Shown: positions 1-7,485 of the stretch, in pieces
Numbering within the stretch: position 1 is the first letter of the stretch
Layout of the letters: each line of letters begins with the position of its first letter
DNA from: Promethearchaeia archaeon
Lineage (GTDB): Archaea; Asgardarchaeota; Lokiarchaeia; Sigyniarchaeales; SOKP01
DNA: 14,227 bases
Assembly (NCBI GenBank): GCA_046497275.1
Contig: JAWOFX010000099.1
Location: 1 to 14,227 of the forward strand
Reading direction: 5' to 3'
Made by a program: the position numbers and the translations under genes
The notes under the pieces: generated by a model
The model's database searches: none
Told to the model about the DNA's origin: nothing
The model's input: the letters and a program-made list of their open reading frames with translations, nothing else

Positions 1-53
1 CCACATCTGCGACAAACTCTCTGCCCTTTTCCTTTATTACCACCTTGGGGCAC
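1..53 (-). CDS. rps14: 30S ribosomal protein uS14 (S14P/S29e type, Zn-binding), 5' part only; runs off the window start
   Basis: Manual translation from GTG at 53: MPQGGNKGKGQRVCRRCG, which matches the archaeal uS14 GKGxRxCxxCG motif. AGGTGA lies 6 nt upstream (60-65) and there is an in-frame TGA at 60-62. It follows uL5, as in the conserved spc order. Not in the ORF track because it is truncated. Confidence 0.93.
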   Translation of the reverse strand, partial: MPQGGNKGKGQRVCRRC

Positions 54-59
54 TTTTTT

Positions 60-65
60 TCACCT
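60..65 (-). promoter_or_regulatory. Shine-Dalgarno-like site (AGGTGA) for uS14
   Basis: Matches the archaeal SD consensus GGAGGTGA, 6 nt before GTG53. Confidence 0.7.
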
Positions 66-116
66 AATAGTTGTAATATTTTATTTTATATTATTTTTTT
101 TAATTCTCTAATTAAT

Positions 117-704
117 TTAATACTCCTCTTCAAGTTTTTCGACTATTCGAGCATTAAAATATTTTTCAAGAAAATATTGAGCTTCTTCTCGAGAGACATA
201 ATGGTCTTTCGGAATTTTTGCTCTATGGATTCTTCGATATTTCACTCTCATTCCAGGTCTCACGAGTCTAGCCGTCACATCAAGACCCCAAATACCGATT
301 AATGTGTCATATTCAACTCCGGGAATTGCGATATGCTCAGTTATCCCAAAACCAAAATTTCCATAATTATCAAAACTGGTTCGTTTAACTCTATTATTAT
401 AGACTATCATCAATCTCTTGAGTAAATCCTCTGCTTCTTTACCGCGAACAGTCACTTTCACTCCAATAGGGCGTCCTTTTCGTAAATTGAACTCTTTTAC
501 GTTCTTGCGTGATAAAGTTTTTCGCGGTTGTCGTCCCGATATTCTTTCTAATACGCTTGATGCACGTTCTAATTCTTCTCCTCCAGATCCAACTCCTATA
601 TTTAGTACCACTTTTTCTAAATATGGTCTTTTCATAGGATTCTGCCATTTTTGGTCATAAGCGTTTAATTGTTCAGAATCTTGTTTTTTACTTTTTGAAG
701 CCAT
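117..704 (-). CDS. rpl5: 50S ribosomal protein uL5 (archaeal type)
   Basis: NPMKRPYLEKVVLNIGVG, FNLRKGRPIGVKVTVRG, SFDNYGNFGFGITEHI and GIWGLDV are uL5 motifs; position between eS4 and uS14. Confidence 0.98.
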   Translation of the reverse strand: MASKSKKQDSEQLNAYDQKWQNPMKRPYLEKVVLNIGVGSGGEELERASSVLERISGRQPRKTLSRKNVKEFNLRKGRPIGVKVTVRGKEAEDLLKRLMIVYNNRVKRTSFDNYGNFGFGITEHIAIPGVEYDTLIGIWGLDVTARLVRPGMRVKYRRIHRAKIPKDHYVSREEAQYFLEKYFNARIVEKLEEEY

Positions 705-726
705 TTTTTCTCACATCTGTTTTACT

Positions 727-1485
727 TTATTTTTCACTATTTTGAGGAATATCAATTTCGGGTTCTTCATCACCCAATATAAAAGTATAATCATAGGAAG
801 TTTCAGTTTGCCCACCATCATGCTCAATCGATACTGTGCTTGCATTTGGACCAAAACGCTTTTGAATGTCAATAATCTTTCCGACTTGTCCAATATTAGC
901 CCCATCGATGATTAGAGCGAGCTTTCCTACATCAAATTCCAATTTTTTCTGAATTTCTTGTTCTGGAAGAGAGATTTTCAACACATCCATTCGTTTATAA
1001 GTATCTTCTTCAGGATCTGTAGGATCCTTTACTCGAATAAGGATATTTCTTCCATCGTGCAGATTTAATTGGATATGACCACCCTTAAGTGTTGTCTTCC
1101 CCTTGATTCGGCACAGTTTATATTCACTTTCCTCCTTTGAAATTTCATGAAGCATTAATCCATAATGTGAATCAGGTATAACTCGATAATGAGTGTCGAT
1201 TTCATCTATTGATATTACATCCATTAAGCCTACTGGGAACCTTTCATCCACTACTACTTTTCCATCAACTTTAAAATGTCCCCTTCCGATTAATTTCTTT
1301 GCTTCACGATGATTATCCATGATATGCAATAAATCTCTTACAATATGCAAGAGTGGTAAGCAAAATCGTTTTGGATGGGGGCCTGGTGATGGAGACACGA
1401 AGAACTTCCCATGTTTTCTCTTAATTTGAAGAAATTTTGGAGTATTTAACCTTTTTAATGTTTTAGAATCGCCATGTTTCGTCAT
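727..1485 (-). CDS. rps4e: 30S ribosomal protein eS4 (S4e)
   Basis: LKRLNTPK, PSPGPHP, LPLLHIVRD, VDGKVVVDERFPVGLMDVISI, IQLNLHDGRNI and DGANIGQVGKI are diagnostic S4e motifs; conserved synteny. Confidence 0.98.
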   Translation of the reverse strand: MTKHGDSKTLKRLNTPKFLQIKRKHGKFFVSPSPGPHPKRFCLPLLHIVRDLLHIMDNHREAKKLIGRGHFKVDGKVVVDERFPVGLMDVISIDEIDTHYRVIPDSHYGLMLHEISKEESEYKLCRIKGKTTLKGGHIQLNLHDGRNILIRVKDPTDPEEDTYKRMDVLKISLPEQEIQKKLEFDVGKLALIIDGANIGQVGKIIDIQKRFGPNASTVSIEHDGGQTETSYDYTFILGDEEPEIDIPQNSEK

Positions 1486-1486
1486 T

Positions 1487-1924
1487 TTAGTCTACTTTCA
1501 CCTCTTTTTCTTTCTTTGGACCTTTCAGCTCTTCTTCCCAATCAAATCCGAAGACAGACTTTCTGTCTATTTGATGAGCACGCCAAGGATCCATATCTTT
1601 TCCTTCTTCCTTAAACTTAGTTATAATTAAATTTGAAATGTGAATACCTGGATTAAATTCTGTCCCATCAGCTTTTTCAAAAGCAGCTTCTTTAATTTTT
1701 ACGCGAAGATTTTTATCGATCTCGGTAACTTCTCCTTCAAAATCTTTGAACTCTCCTTTTGTAATTTGTACTTGATCGCCCACACGTAATGGTAACGTTT
1801 TTATACCATATTCTTCTTGGAGAAAATCGGCTAGTCGTGTACGCAATAATTTTGAACGCTGATGGTTTTTATAATTATAAAGTGCCTTACGTTGTTTTTT
1901 GGGTTTTTTTGATTTAACTTTCAT
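1487..1924 (-). CDS. rpl24: 50S ribosomal protein uL24 (archaeal type)
   Basis: SKKPKKQRKALYN, LPLRVGDQVQITKGEFK (KOW) and KADGTE..IHISNLIITK. Start moved from GTG1933 to ATG1924 because the GTG lies within an SD-like GATGTG element. Confidence 0.97.
   Translation of the reverse strand: MKVKSKKPKKQRKALYNYKNHQRSKLLRTRLADFLQEEYGIKTLPLRVGDQVQITKGEFKDFEGEVTEIDKNLRVKIKEAAFEKADGTEFNPGIHISNLIITKFKEEGKDMDPWRAHQIDRKSVFGFDWEEELKGPKKEKEVKVD
1498..1504 (-). promoter_or_regulatory. Shine-Dalgarno site (GAGGTGA) for eS4, embedded in the uL24 3' end
   Basis: Exact match to the archaeal SD core, 12 nt before ATG1485. Confidence 0.55.
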
Positions 1925-1946
1925 ATTTAACACATCTGAATAATTT

Positions 1947-2372
1947 TTATATAATTAATGATGAAATGGAAGCAAGTCTTGGGAATGTTTCAGCTGCTTC
2001 TCGAGCGATTGGGCCTCGAATTTCAGTACCTTTCGGATCGCCTTCAGGAGTTACGATTACACCCGCATTATCTTCAAAACAGAGCCTAGTACCGTCTACT
2101 CGGCGATAGATCCTTTTCTGACGCACTACGACCATTTTCAAGACATTTCCACGGAGCTCAGGCTTACCTTTCTTGATGGAAACCGTGCAGATATCTCCTA
2201 CTGTAGCTTGAGGTAATCTTCTTTGTCGTGTTTTTGTATGGTCTACATTAATAATTTTAGCGATTTTTGCGCCTGAATTATCTGCGATGATCACTTTTGA
2301 ACCATTTTGGAGACCATAACTTGTTCGAGGTTTAACGATCTTTTTTCTTCCCAATTTTCGGCGTGTTCCCAC
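1947..2372 (-). CDS. rpl14: 50S ribosomal protein uL14
   Basis: ADNSGAK, ATVGDI, VKKGKPEL-like IKKGKPEL, FEDNAGVIV and KGTEIRGPIAREAAE. GTG start overlaps the uS17 TAG; AGGTGA at 2379-2384 is 6 nt upstream. Confidence 0.98.
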   Translation of the reverse strand: MGTRRKLGRKKIVKPRTSYGLQNGSKVIIADNSGAKIAKIINVDHTKTRQRRLPQATVGDICTVSIKKGKPELRGNVLKMVVVRQKRIYRRVDGTRLCFEDNAGVIVTPEGDPKGTEIRGPIAREAAETFPRLASISSLII

Positions 2373-2728
2373 TATGCTTCACCTGGTTTTTTAATCTTAT
2401 CTAATACAATAAATGATTTTGTTTTTGAAATTTTACGACTCTCTCCCACAAGCACCATATCACCCAGTTCAACAATATCACTCAAACAACTGGGCAAATG
2501 GCATGTAAGTCGTGAATTCCGTCTTTCATATCTTTGATATTTTTTAATAAATTGAACATAATCAAATCTAATAACGACTGTATTTTTTGATCGTTTACTT
2601 ACAACGGTTCCTTTCGTGATTTTCCCTCTAATTCTTGTAGTTCCATGAAATGGGCAGAATTCATCATCACATTCCTCTGCCTTTACCTTTGGAGGGGACA
2701 CGTTCGGAACCCCAATATTTCTACTCAT
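2372..2728 (-). CDS. rps17: 30S ribosomal protein uS17
   Basis: RNIGVPNVSPP, CDDEFCPFHG, KYQRYERRNSRLTCHLPSC, GDMVLVGESRKISKTKSF. ATGA overlap with the rnp1 stop. Confidence 0.98.
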   Translation of the reverse strand: MSRNIGVPNVSPPKVKAEECDDEFCPFHGTTRIRGKITKGTVVSKRSKNTVVIRFDYVQFIKKYQRYERRNSRLTCHLPSCLSDIVELGDMVLVGESRKISKTKSFIVLDKIKKPGEA

Positions 2729-3039
2729 TTTTTAAACCTTCTCTTTTTTTTCAAACTTCTTAAACGGTTTTCAGGACGACCAACAATTTTTATGCCGTCG
2801 AATTCAACCATATAATTTTTCTCATCTTTATTTTCTTTCGGGATAAGAATCCGAAAAACATAATTCTTTTTTACATACTTCTTTTCTTGATTTTTTATTT
2901 CTGTTACTATCATATTTTCCGTGTCGTCTATGATTGTTCCAATCTGTCTGAATTCTTTGTTTGGCTTTTCCTTAGACTTTGCATGTGCCTGGAGTCCAAT
3001 TAGATCATGATATATTAGATATTTTGGATTAATCTTCAT
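2725..3039 (-). CDS. rnp1: Ribonuclease P protein component 1 (Rpp29/POP4 homolog)
   Basis: LIYHDLIGL, GTIIDDTENMIV, VPK-like YVKKNYVF and GRPENRL match archaeal Rpp29; usual position between uL29 and uS17. Start placed at ATG3039 (MKINPKY), overlapping the uL29 end, instead of TTG3081. Confidence 0.93.
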   Translation of the reverse strand: MKINPKYLIYHDLIGLQAHAKSKEKPNKEFRQIGTIIDDTENMIVTEIKNQEKKYVKKNYVFRILIPKENKDEKNYMVEFDGIKIVGRPENRLRSLKKKRRFKK

Positions 3040-3238
3040 TTTCTTGTTTTTCTTCATTGATAACTGTGAGGATTCTAGCAATTTGTTTCCGAAGCATTTT
3101 TGCTTTTGCTGGATTGTCTGATAATCCTCCTCCTGTCTGCATACTATAGAGTAGCATCATTTCCTCTCGTAAATCGGTTAATTTTCGTCTACGTTCACGA
3201 TCGTCCATTTCTCTAATTTCAGACGCTTTTAATACCAT
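3029..3238 (-). CDS. rpl29: 50S ribosomal protein uL29
   Basis: LKASEIREMD...DNPAKAKMLRKQIARILTVINE; GAGG SD upstream; synteny. Confidence 0.96.
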   Translation of the reverse strand: MVLKASEIREMDDRERRRKLTDLREEMMLLYSMQTGGGLSDNPAKAKMLRKQIARILTVINEEKQENED

Positions 3239-3263
3239 AATTATCCTCTCATTTGTTTTTTAT

Positions 3264-4064
3264 TTATTCTTCTTGATTTTCTTCTATATCATTCTCAACT
3301 TCAATAGATGCTTCCGCTATATCTTCCTCATCTACCTCATCAATTAGCTCTTGATCCTCCTCAGTCAATTCTTCTTCACCCTCTTCAACTAAGTATTCAC
3401 CAGCTTTTAATTTTTCTGCCTTAGTTTTCGGTTTCTTTGATTCAATTTCTTTCTGCGTTTTTTCCAATAATTCCCGCTTTATTTGTACTCCATCTCCGGT
3501 AGCATAACCCGCATGGAAAATCTTTACAATAATTCCCAGCGTTCCTGATTTTTGGATACATTGAGCAACACCTTTATCAACAGCCTCTTGAGCAGGTTGA
3601 CCACTTTTCTTCATTGTGCCAGCTCTAAATATTTGGGTTCGAGCTCGCTGTGAAGTAATTTTTCCAGCAATACGGATTTCACATCCTTTTGCCCCAGCGT
3701 CCATAATTCGTCGTAAGATATAATATCCCGCACGTCTATAATGTCTTCCCCGATCTAATGAATAAGCTAAGCGCTCTGCCATTATTTGTGAATCCAAACT
3801 TGGATTTTCAACCTCTTCAACTTCAATTTGAGGCATTTCAAGTTCAAATCGACTCTCTAATTCTTCTGTGATCTCCCGGATTCGCTTCCCACCTTTTCCA
3901 ATTACTAGTCCAGGACGGGATGTTTTTAAAGTTATTCGAACTCCTAGAGGTGTCTTTTGAAGGTCAATCCCAGCAAAGCCAGCACGAGCTAATTCATTTC
4001 TCAAATATTCGTTGATTTGCATCAATTTGATACCTTGTTCAATGAAATGTTTTGCTAGTGGAAT
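3264..4064 (-). CDS. rps3: 30S ribosomal protein uS3 with acidic C-terminal tail; start probably non-canonical (ATT4064), see findings
   Basis: AGFAGIDLQKTPLG, RPGLVIGKGGKRIRE (KH domain), GAKGCEIRIAGKI and GTLGIIVKI. The frame stays open upstream of TTG4025 (PLAKHFIEQGIK, uS3-like) up to TAA at 4089-4091. Identity is certain; the exact start is not. Confidence 0.97.
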   Translation of the reverse strand: MPLAKHFIEQGIKLMQINEYLRNELARAGFAGIDLQKTPLGVRITLKTSRPGLVIGKGGKRIREITEELESRFELEMPQIEVEEVENPSLDSQIMAERLAYSLDRGRHYRRAGYYILRRIMDAGAKGCEIRIAGKITSQRARTQIFRAGTMKKSGQPAQEAVDKGVAQCIQKSGTLGIIVKIFHAGYATGDGVQIKRELLEKTQKEIESKKPKTKAEKLKAGEYLVEEGEEELTEEDQELIDEVDEEDIAEASIEVENDIEENQEE

Positions 4065-4115
4065 AGTTTCATCAATCTCTTTAATTTTTTATTATTATTT
4101 TATTATTTATTTTAC

Positions 4116-4595
4116 TTAACTTGGTAATTCATACACAATGATTTCCACATGGGTTAAATGTTTGAAATAAGGTGAGGATCGTCCATAAGCTCGCTCAATA
4201 TATCGTTTTATTTTTCTTCCTCTTTGTGTTGCTGCATGAATTATTCTACATAAATCAATATCTAAACCTTGATATTCTGCGTTGGATTCAACTTGTGTGA
4301 GAATTTCATATATCCTCGCAGCTGCTTTTCTTGGATAGCGTCCCGCATCCCATTTGAATTGTTTAAGATCCTTCCGATGGGCTTGCTTTTTATTGTGACG
4401 TCTGAATGGTACTGACTGTTCCAATCTGATAACTTTTTCTAAATATGTTTTTGCTTCACCAAGACGCATACCCTTTATTACGGCACAGATCTCTCGTGCG
4501 TGCTTAGGTTTTATTCGTAAATCTCTTCCAGCAGCTTTCGCTAACCTTTCAGAATCGTACTTTTCTTCTGAAAAAGAGTACCCCCAATTAGGCAT
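4116..4595 (-). CDS. rpl22: 50S ribosomal protein uL22
   Basis: AKAAGRDLRIKPKHAREIC, VPFRRHN, AGRYPRKAA and RAYGRSSPYFKHLTHVEI. Confidence 0.98.
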   Translation of the reverse strand: MPNWGYSFSEEKYDSERLAKAAGRDLRIKPKHAREICAVIKGMRLGEAKTYLEKVIRLEQSVPFRRHNKKQAHRKDLKQFKWDAGRYPRKAAARIYEILTQVESNAEYQGLDIDLCRIIHAATQRGRKIKRYIERAYGRSSPYFKHLTHVEIIVYELPS

Positions 4596-4638
4596 TTTTT
4601 TGTATTCAACTCATTGATTTTATGTAATTTTTATTTTT

Positions 4639-5184
4639 TTATTTAAGTGGAACATATTTAGAACTTCTTGTGGCTCCAATTCCAGGACTACCGTGAGACA
4701 CTCTTTTTCTTGTAAGCGCAAATTCCCCAAGATAATGTCCAATCATATCTGGTTTGATCTCAACCACATCATAAGAGTTTCCATTATACACTCCAATTTT
4801 CAAACCGACCATTTCAGGAAATATAAGCATATCTCGTACATGTGTCCTTGTAATCAAGTCTTTACCTCTCTTTTTAGCGCGATACGCACGTCGCAATCTC
4901 TCAAGTAATTTTTTCTGCCGAGGGGGCAATCCTCGCTTTAGGGAGCGTCGAGCTCGTGCAGGTAATAATTGTATGAATTGATCCATACTCATGCGTTTTA
5001 GTTCCTCAAGTGTATGACCTCTATAATGGAACTTTAATCTGCTAAGCTCTGATTCTTGTTCTTCCTCCTCTGATTCTTGTTCTTCCTCCTCATTCTCAAG
5101 AGTTTCCTCAATTTCTTCTGATTCTTCTATTTCCTCTTCTTCTTCCTCTTCCTCTTCTTCATTCGGTTCTTCATTGGGAGTCAT
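4639..5184 (-). CDS. rps19: 30S ribosomal protein uS19 with a 46-residue poly-Glu N-terminal extension
   Basis: [59 protein letters not shown]. Confidence 0.98.
   Translation of the reverse strand: MTPNEEPNEEEEEEEEEEIEESEEIEETLENEEEEQESEEEEQESELSRLKFHYRGHTLEELKRMSMDQFIQLLPARARRSLKRGLPPRQKKLLERLRRAYRAKKRGKDLITRTHVRDMLIFPEMVGLKIGVYNGNSYDVVEIKPDMIGHYLGEFALTRKRVSHGSPGIGATRSSKYVPLK
5047..5091. repeat. Perfect 21-bp tandem duplication (ctctgattcttgttcttcctc x2 plus 3 nt) inside uS19, encoding EEEEQES twice
   Basis: 5047-5067 is identical to 5068-5088, read directly from the sequence. Confidence 0.95.
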
Positions 5185-5260
5185 AATTTTTTCAAATCCG
5201 TTTAATCTGATATATGTTGTTCCGTTAATTATTTCAAATTATATAGTATTGTAAATTTAT

Positions 5261-5275
5261 TTAGTGTAGAATAAT
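5261..5275 (-). repeat. Copy 1 of dispersed motif ATTATTCTACACTAA
   Basis: The reverse complement of 5261-5275 is identical to 7331-7345. Confidence 0.6.
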
Positions 5276-5577
5276 TTTTTAATTTTATTGAAAAAAATTA
5301 AAAGAATTATTGGAGAAGCGAAAAGAACAATAAAAAAGGTAAAGTTTATAAGTGGTAAATATGACGCTTCTAACTATCTTCCATTATTTTTTTTTATCGT
5401 GTAAAATAATGAATCTCTTTTGATATTTTTTATTCAAATAAGATTTATAATTTGATTCAGAATTGCTACGAAAGCAGATACTTATATTATAGAAGGAATT
5501 TTAATGGATGAGATTTTGAAATTATATGATTTAAAAACTCAAGAATCGGAGTGAAACTCTCTTCTTTTTTTCATAAA

Positions 5578-6255
5578 TTACTCATCATAATGGTTGGGGT
5601 TATAAACTCGTTTTATATCCTCTTCATCGAAATGACCTTCCCACCATTCTTTAAAGATAATATATTCTCCACCCTTATCATTAGGGTTGATTATTGAATG
5701 ATAGGTTCCTATTGGAGTATGAATTTCTCTTCCCGAATGCACATAATAATAAATATGATGATCATTTAAAACAATAGGTTTCCCTGAAATAATCTTCCAA
5801 CGTTCGGAACGATCTTGATGAATTTGAAATGAAATTCCCATTTCTGGTTTGAGAAAAATTAGATTATGATCTGGATACGTAAATTTTATGCTATACCACT
5901 TAGGTAAGATATCGATATATCCTTCTGGAACATTATGTTTATGCTTAAATTCCTCAGGGTTTATTTTTCTCTTCTCAGTATTTTCATATTTGTAGGGATC
6001 ATATATTTTTTGGTGCTGCTCGACGTCTTGATCGTACTCAATTTGGATGGGTTTATTTGACTTATTTATTAGCATATAATGGTTTTTAGGAGAAATTATA
6101 AGATTATCGGATTTGATATTTTTCGTAAAGAATTCAGTCTCATTTATTAGAAATATTGACTTTAAAAATTGTGGATCAAGAGAAATCCTTAATTCAGTAG
6201 ATCCATTCCTACGTAGTTTAGTTCCTCTATTGGGTCTTAACTTCTCGAAAAACAT
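5578..6255 (-). CDS. Putative AbrB/MazE-like N-terminal domain fused to a C-terminal cupin resembling the type II mannose-6-phosphate isomerase cupin
   Basis: C-terminus SFQIHQDRSERWKIISG, PIGTYHSIINP and FDEEDIKR align with the MPI-II cupin pattern (SLQxHxxRxEHWxVVxG...IPxGxxHxLxN...EDDIxR). N-terminus TKLRRNGSTELRISLDPQFLK...NLIISPK fits a swapped-hairpin pattern. ATG6255 is preferred over GTG6264, which lies in an SD-like ATGTGA. Confidence 0.75.
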   Translation of the reverse strand: MFFEKLRPNRGTKLRRNGSTELRISLDPQFLKSIFLINETEFFTKNIKSDNLIISPKNHYMLINKSNKPIQIEYDQDVEQHQKIYDPYKYENTEKRKINPEEFKHKHNVPEGYIDILPKWYSIKFTYPDHNLIFLKPEMGISFQIHQDRSERWKIISGKPIVLNDHHIYYYVHSGREIHTPIGTYHSIINPNDKGGEYIIFKEWWEGHFDEEDIKRVYNPNHYDE

Positions 6256-6273
6256 TCTTTTCACATTGATAAT

Positions 6274-7251
6274 TTAAATCTTTATACTCTTATTATATTC
6301 CTTTATCCTATTTTTTATCTCATCCTCATAAGGCATTGAATTTTGTGCTCCTTTTCGAGTTACCGCGATAGATGCTGCTGAAGTCGCTGCCTTTACTGCG
6401 TCTGTTATGGATGAGTCGTTTGCAAGATAACTTGCTAATACCCCATTAAAACAATCTCCAGCACCAACTGTATCCACTGCATCCACTTTAAAAGCGGGGA
6501 TCTTTTTCATTTCCTTTGATGGATGATCATAGAGCATAGACCCTTTAGAGCCCAGCGTAGTGATAATATACTCTACTCCAAATATCGAGAGATCATTGCA
6601 AGCTTTGAGAATTCTTTCAGTTAGAGAACGTTCAGAATTATCTTGATAGGCTTTGAAGCCTAATAAAGAATGCAATCTGAATAGCTCTCCCTCATTTGGA
6701 ACAATTATATCAATATTTTTTAAAACAGTCGGAGGGAATGGTTTAAGAGGTGCAGGATTAAGAATCTTTGTTGCTTTTCCTTCTTTAGCAATATCAAAAA
6801 CTTCGATTATTGTTTCTATTGGGATTTCCATTTGAACTACTAATGAGGAGGCATTTTTTATTATCTCTGCGTGTTTATGAATCTCTTCTTTACTCAATGT
6901 AGCATTTGCTCCCGGTGCTACACTTATCATATTTTCTCCATTTTCATCAATCATTATAAATGCTACACCGCTATGCTCGTGCTCATCTCTAATAATAAAC
7001 TCTATAGTAATACCTTCTTTACTTAATTGGGAAATCATCTCATCTCCAAATTCATCTTGTCCAATTTTGCCCATAAAGAGGACTTCAGAACCAGCTCGAG
7101 CTGCTGCAACTGCTTGATTTGCCCCTTTTCCCCCCAAAGACTTGCTGAAGGTCCCACCAGTGATTGTCTCACCAGGTTGGGGTAATCTTTTGGAATAAAT
7201 ATTAAGATCCATATTACTTGATCCTATGATGAGCACATACTTCTTCTCCAA
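6274..7251 (-). CDS. rbsK: Ribokinase (PfkB family)
   Basis: IIGSSNMDL, GGKGANQA (PfkB signature 1), GVAFIMIDENGENMISVAPGAN, NPAP, PNEGE and DTVGAGDCFNG (signature 2). TTG7251 with an upstream AGGAG is preferred over TTG7272. Ribose specificity is inferred from family motifs. Confidence 0.92.
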   Translation of the reverse strand: MEKKYVLIIGSSNMDLNIYSKRLPQPGETITGGTFSKSLGGKGANQAVAAARAGSEVLFMGKIGQDEFGDEMISQLSKEGITIEFIIRDEHEHSGVAFIMIDENGENMISVAPGANATLSKEEIHKHAEIIKNASSLVVQMEIPIETIIEVFDIAKEGKATKILNPAPLKPFPPTVLKNIDIIVPNEGELFRLHSLLGFKAYQDNSERSLTERILKACNDLSIFGVEYIITTLGSKGSMLYDHPSKEMKKIPAFKVDAVDTVGAGDCFNGVLASYLANDSSITDAVKAATSAASIAVTRKGAQNSMPYEDEIKNRIKEYNKSIKI

Positions 7252-7330
7252 GTGAAATTGACTCCTATTCAAATCATTTTTCTTATATATCTGAATTCAA
7301 TCTATAATACCTAATAATTTTGTTGTATTT

Positions 7331-7345
7331 ATTATTCTACACTAA
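7331..7345 (+). repeat. Copy 2 of dispersed motif ATTATTCTACACTAA
   Basis: Exact 15-bp match to the inverted copy at 5261-5275; lies in the divergent rbsK / membrane-protein intergenic region. Confidence 0.6.
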
Positions 7346-7485
7346 TCAAAATCAAATTATGATTGTGCGATTATTTAGAATCTATTTAGCAAAATGAAAT
7401 GGTTTTTATTTAAAGATGTTTTGAAATATAATAGTTAGTATTTGATAAAAATAAAAAATATAAAATAAAATTAATACGCGAAAAG

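Noticed and set aside
45-905. ORF-track entries 45-302(+), 418-660(+), 439-648(-) and 711-905(-)
   Set aside because: Antisense or alternate-frame shadows of uL5/eS4/uS14 with no motifs.
2307-4908. ORFs 2307-2537(+) and 4693-4908(+)
   Set aside because: Antisense to uL14/uS17 and uS19; no recognisable features.
5197-5230. Imperfect direct repeat tccgtttaat / tccgttaatt in the uS19 leader
   Set aside because: Short, imperfect and AT-rich; cannot be distinguished from chance.
5456-5554. Short plus-strand open frame (FRIATKADTYIIEGILMDEILKLYDLKTQESE*), with ATG5504 preceded by AAGGA
   Set aside because: Only 16 aa from the ATG and no recognisable family; unsupported without expression data.
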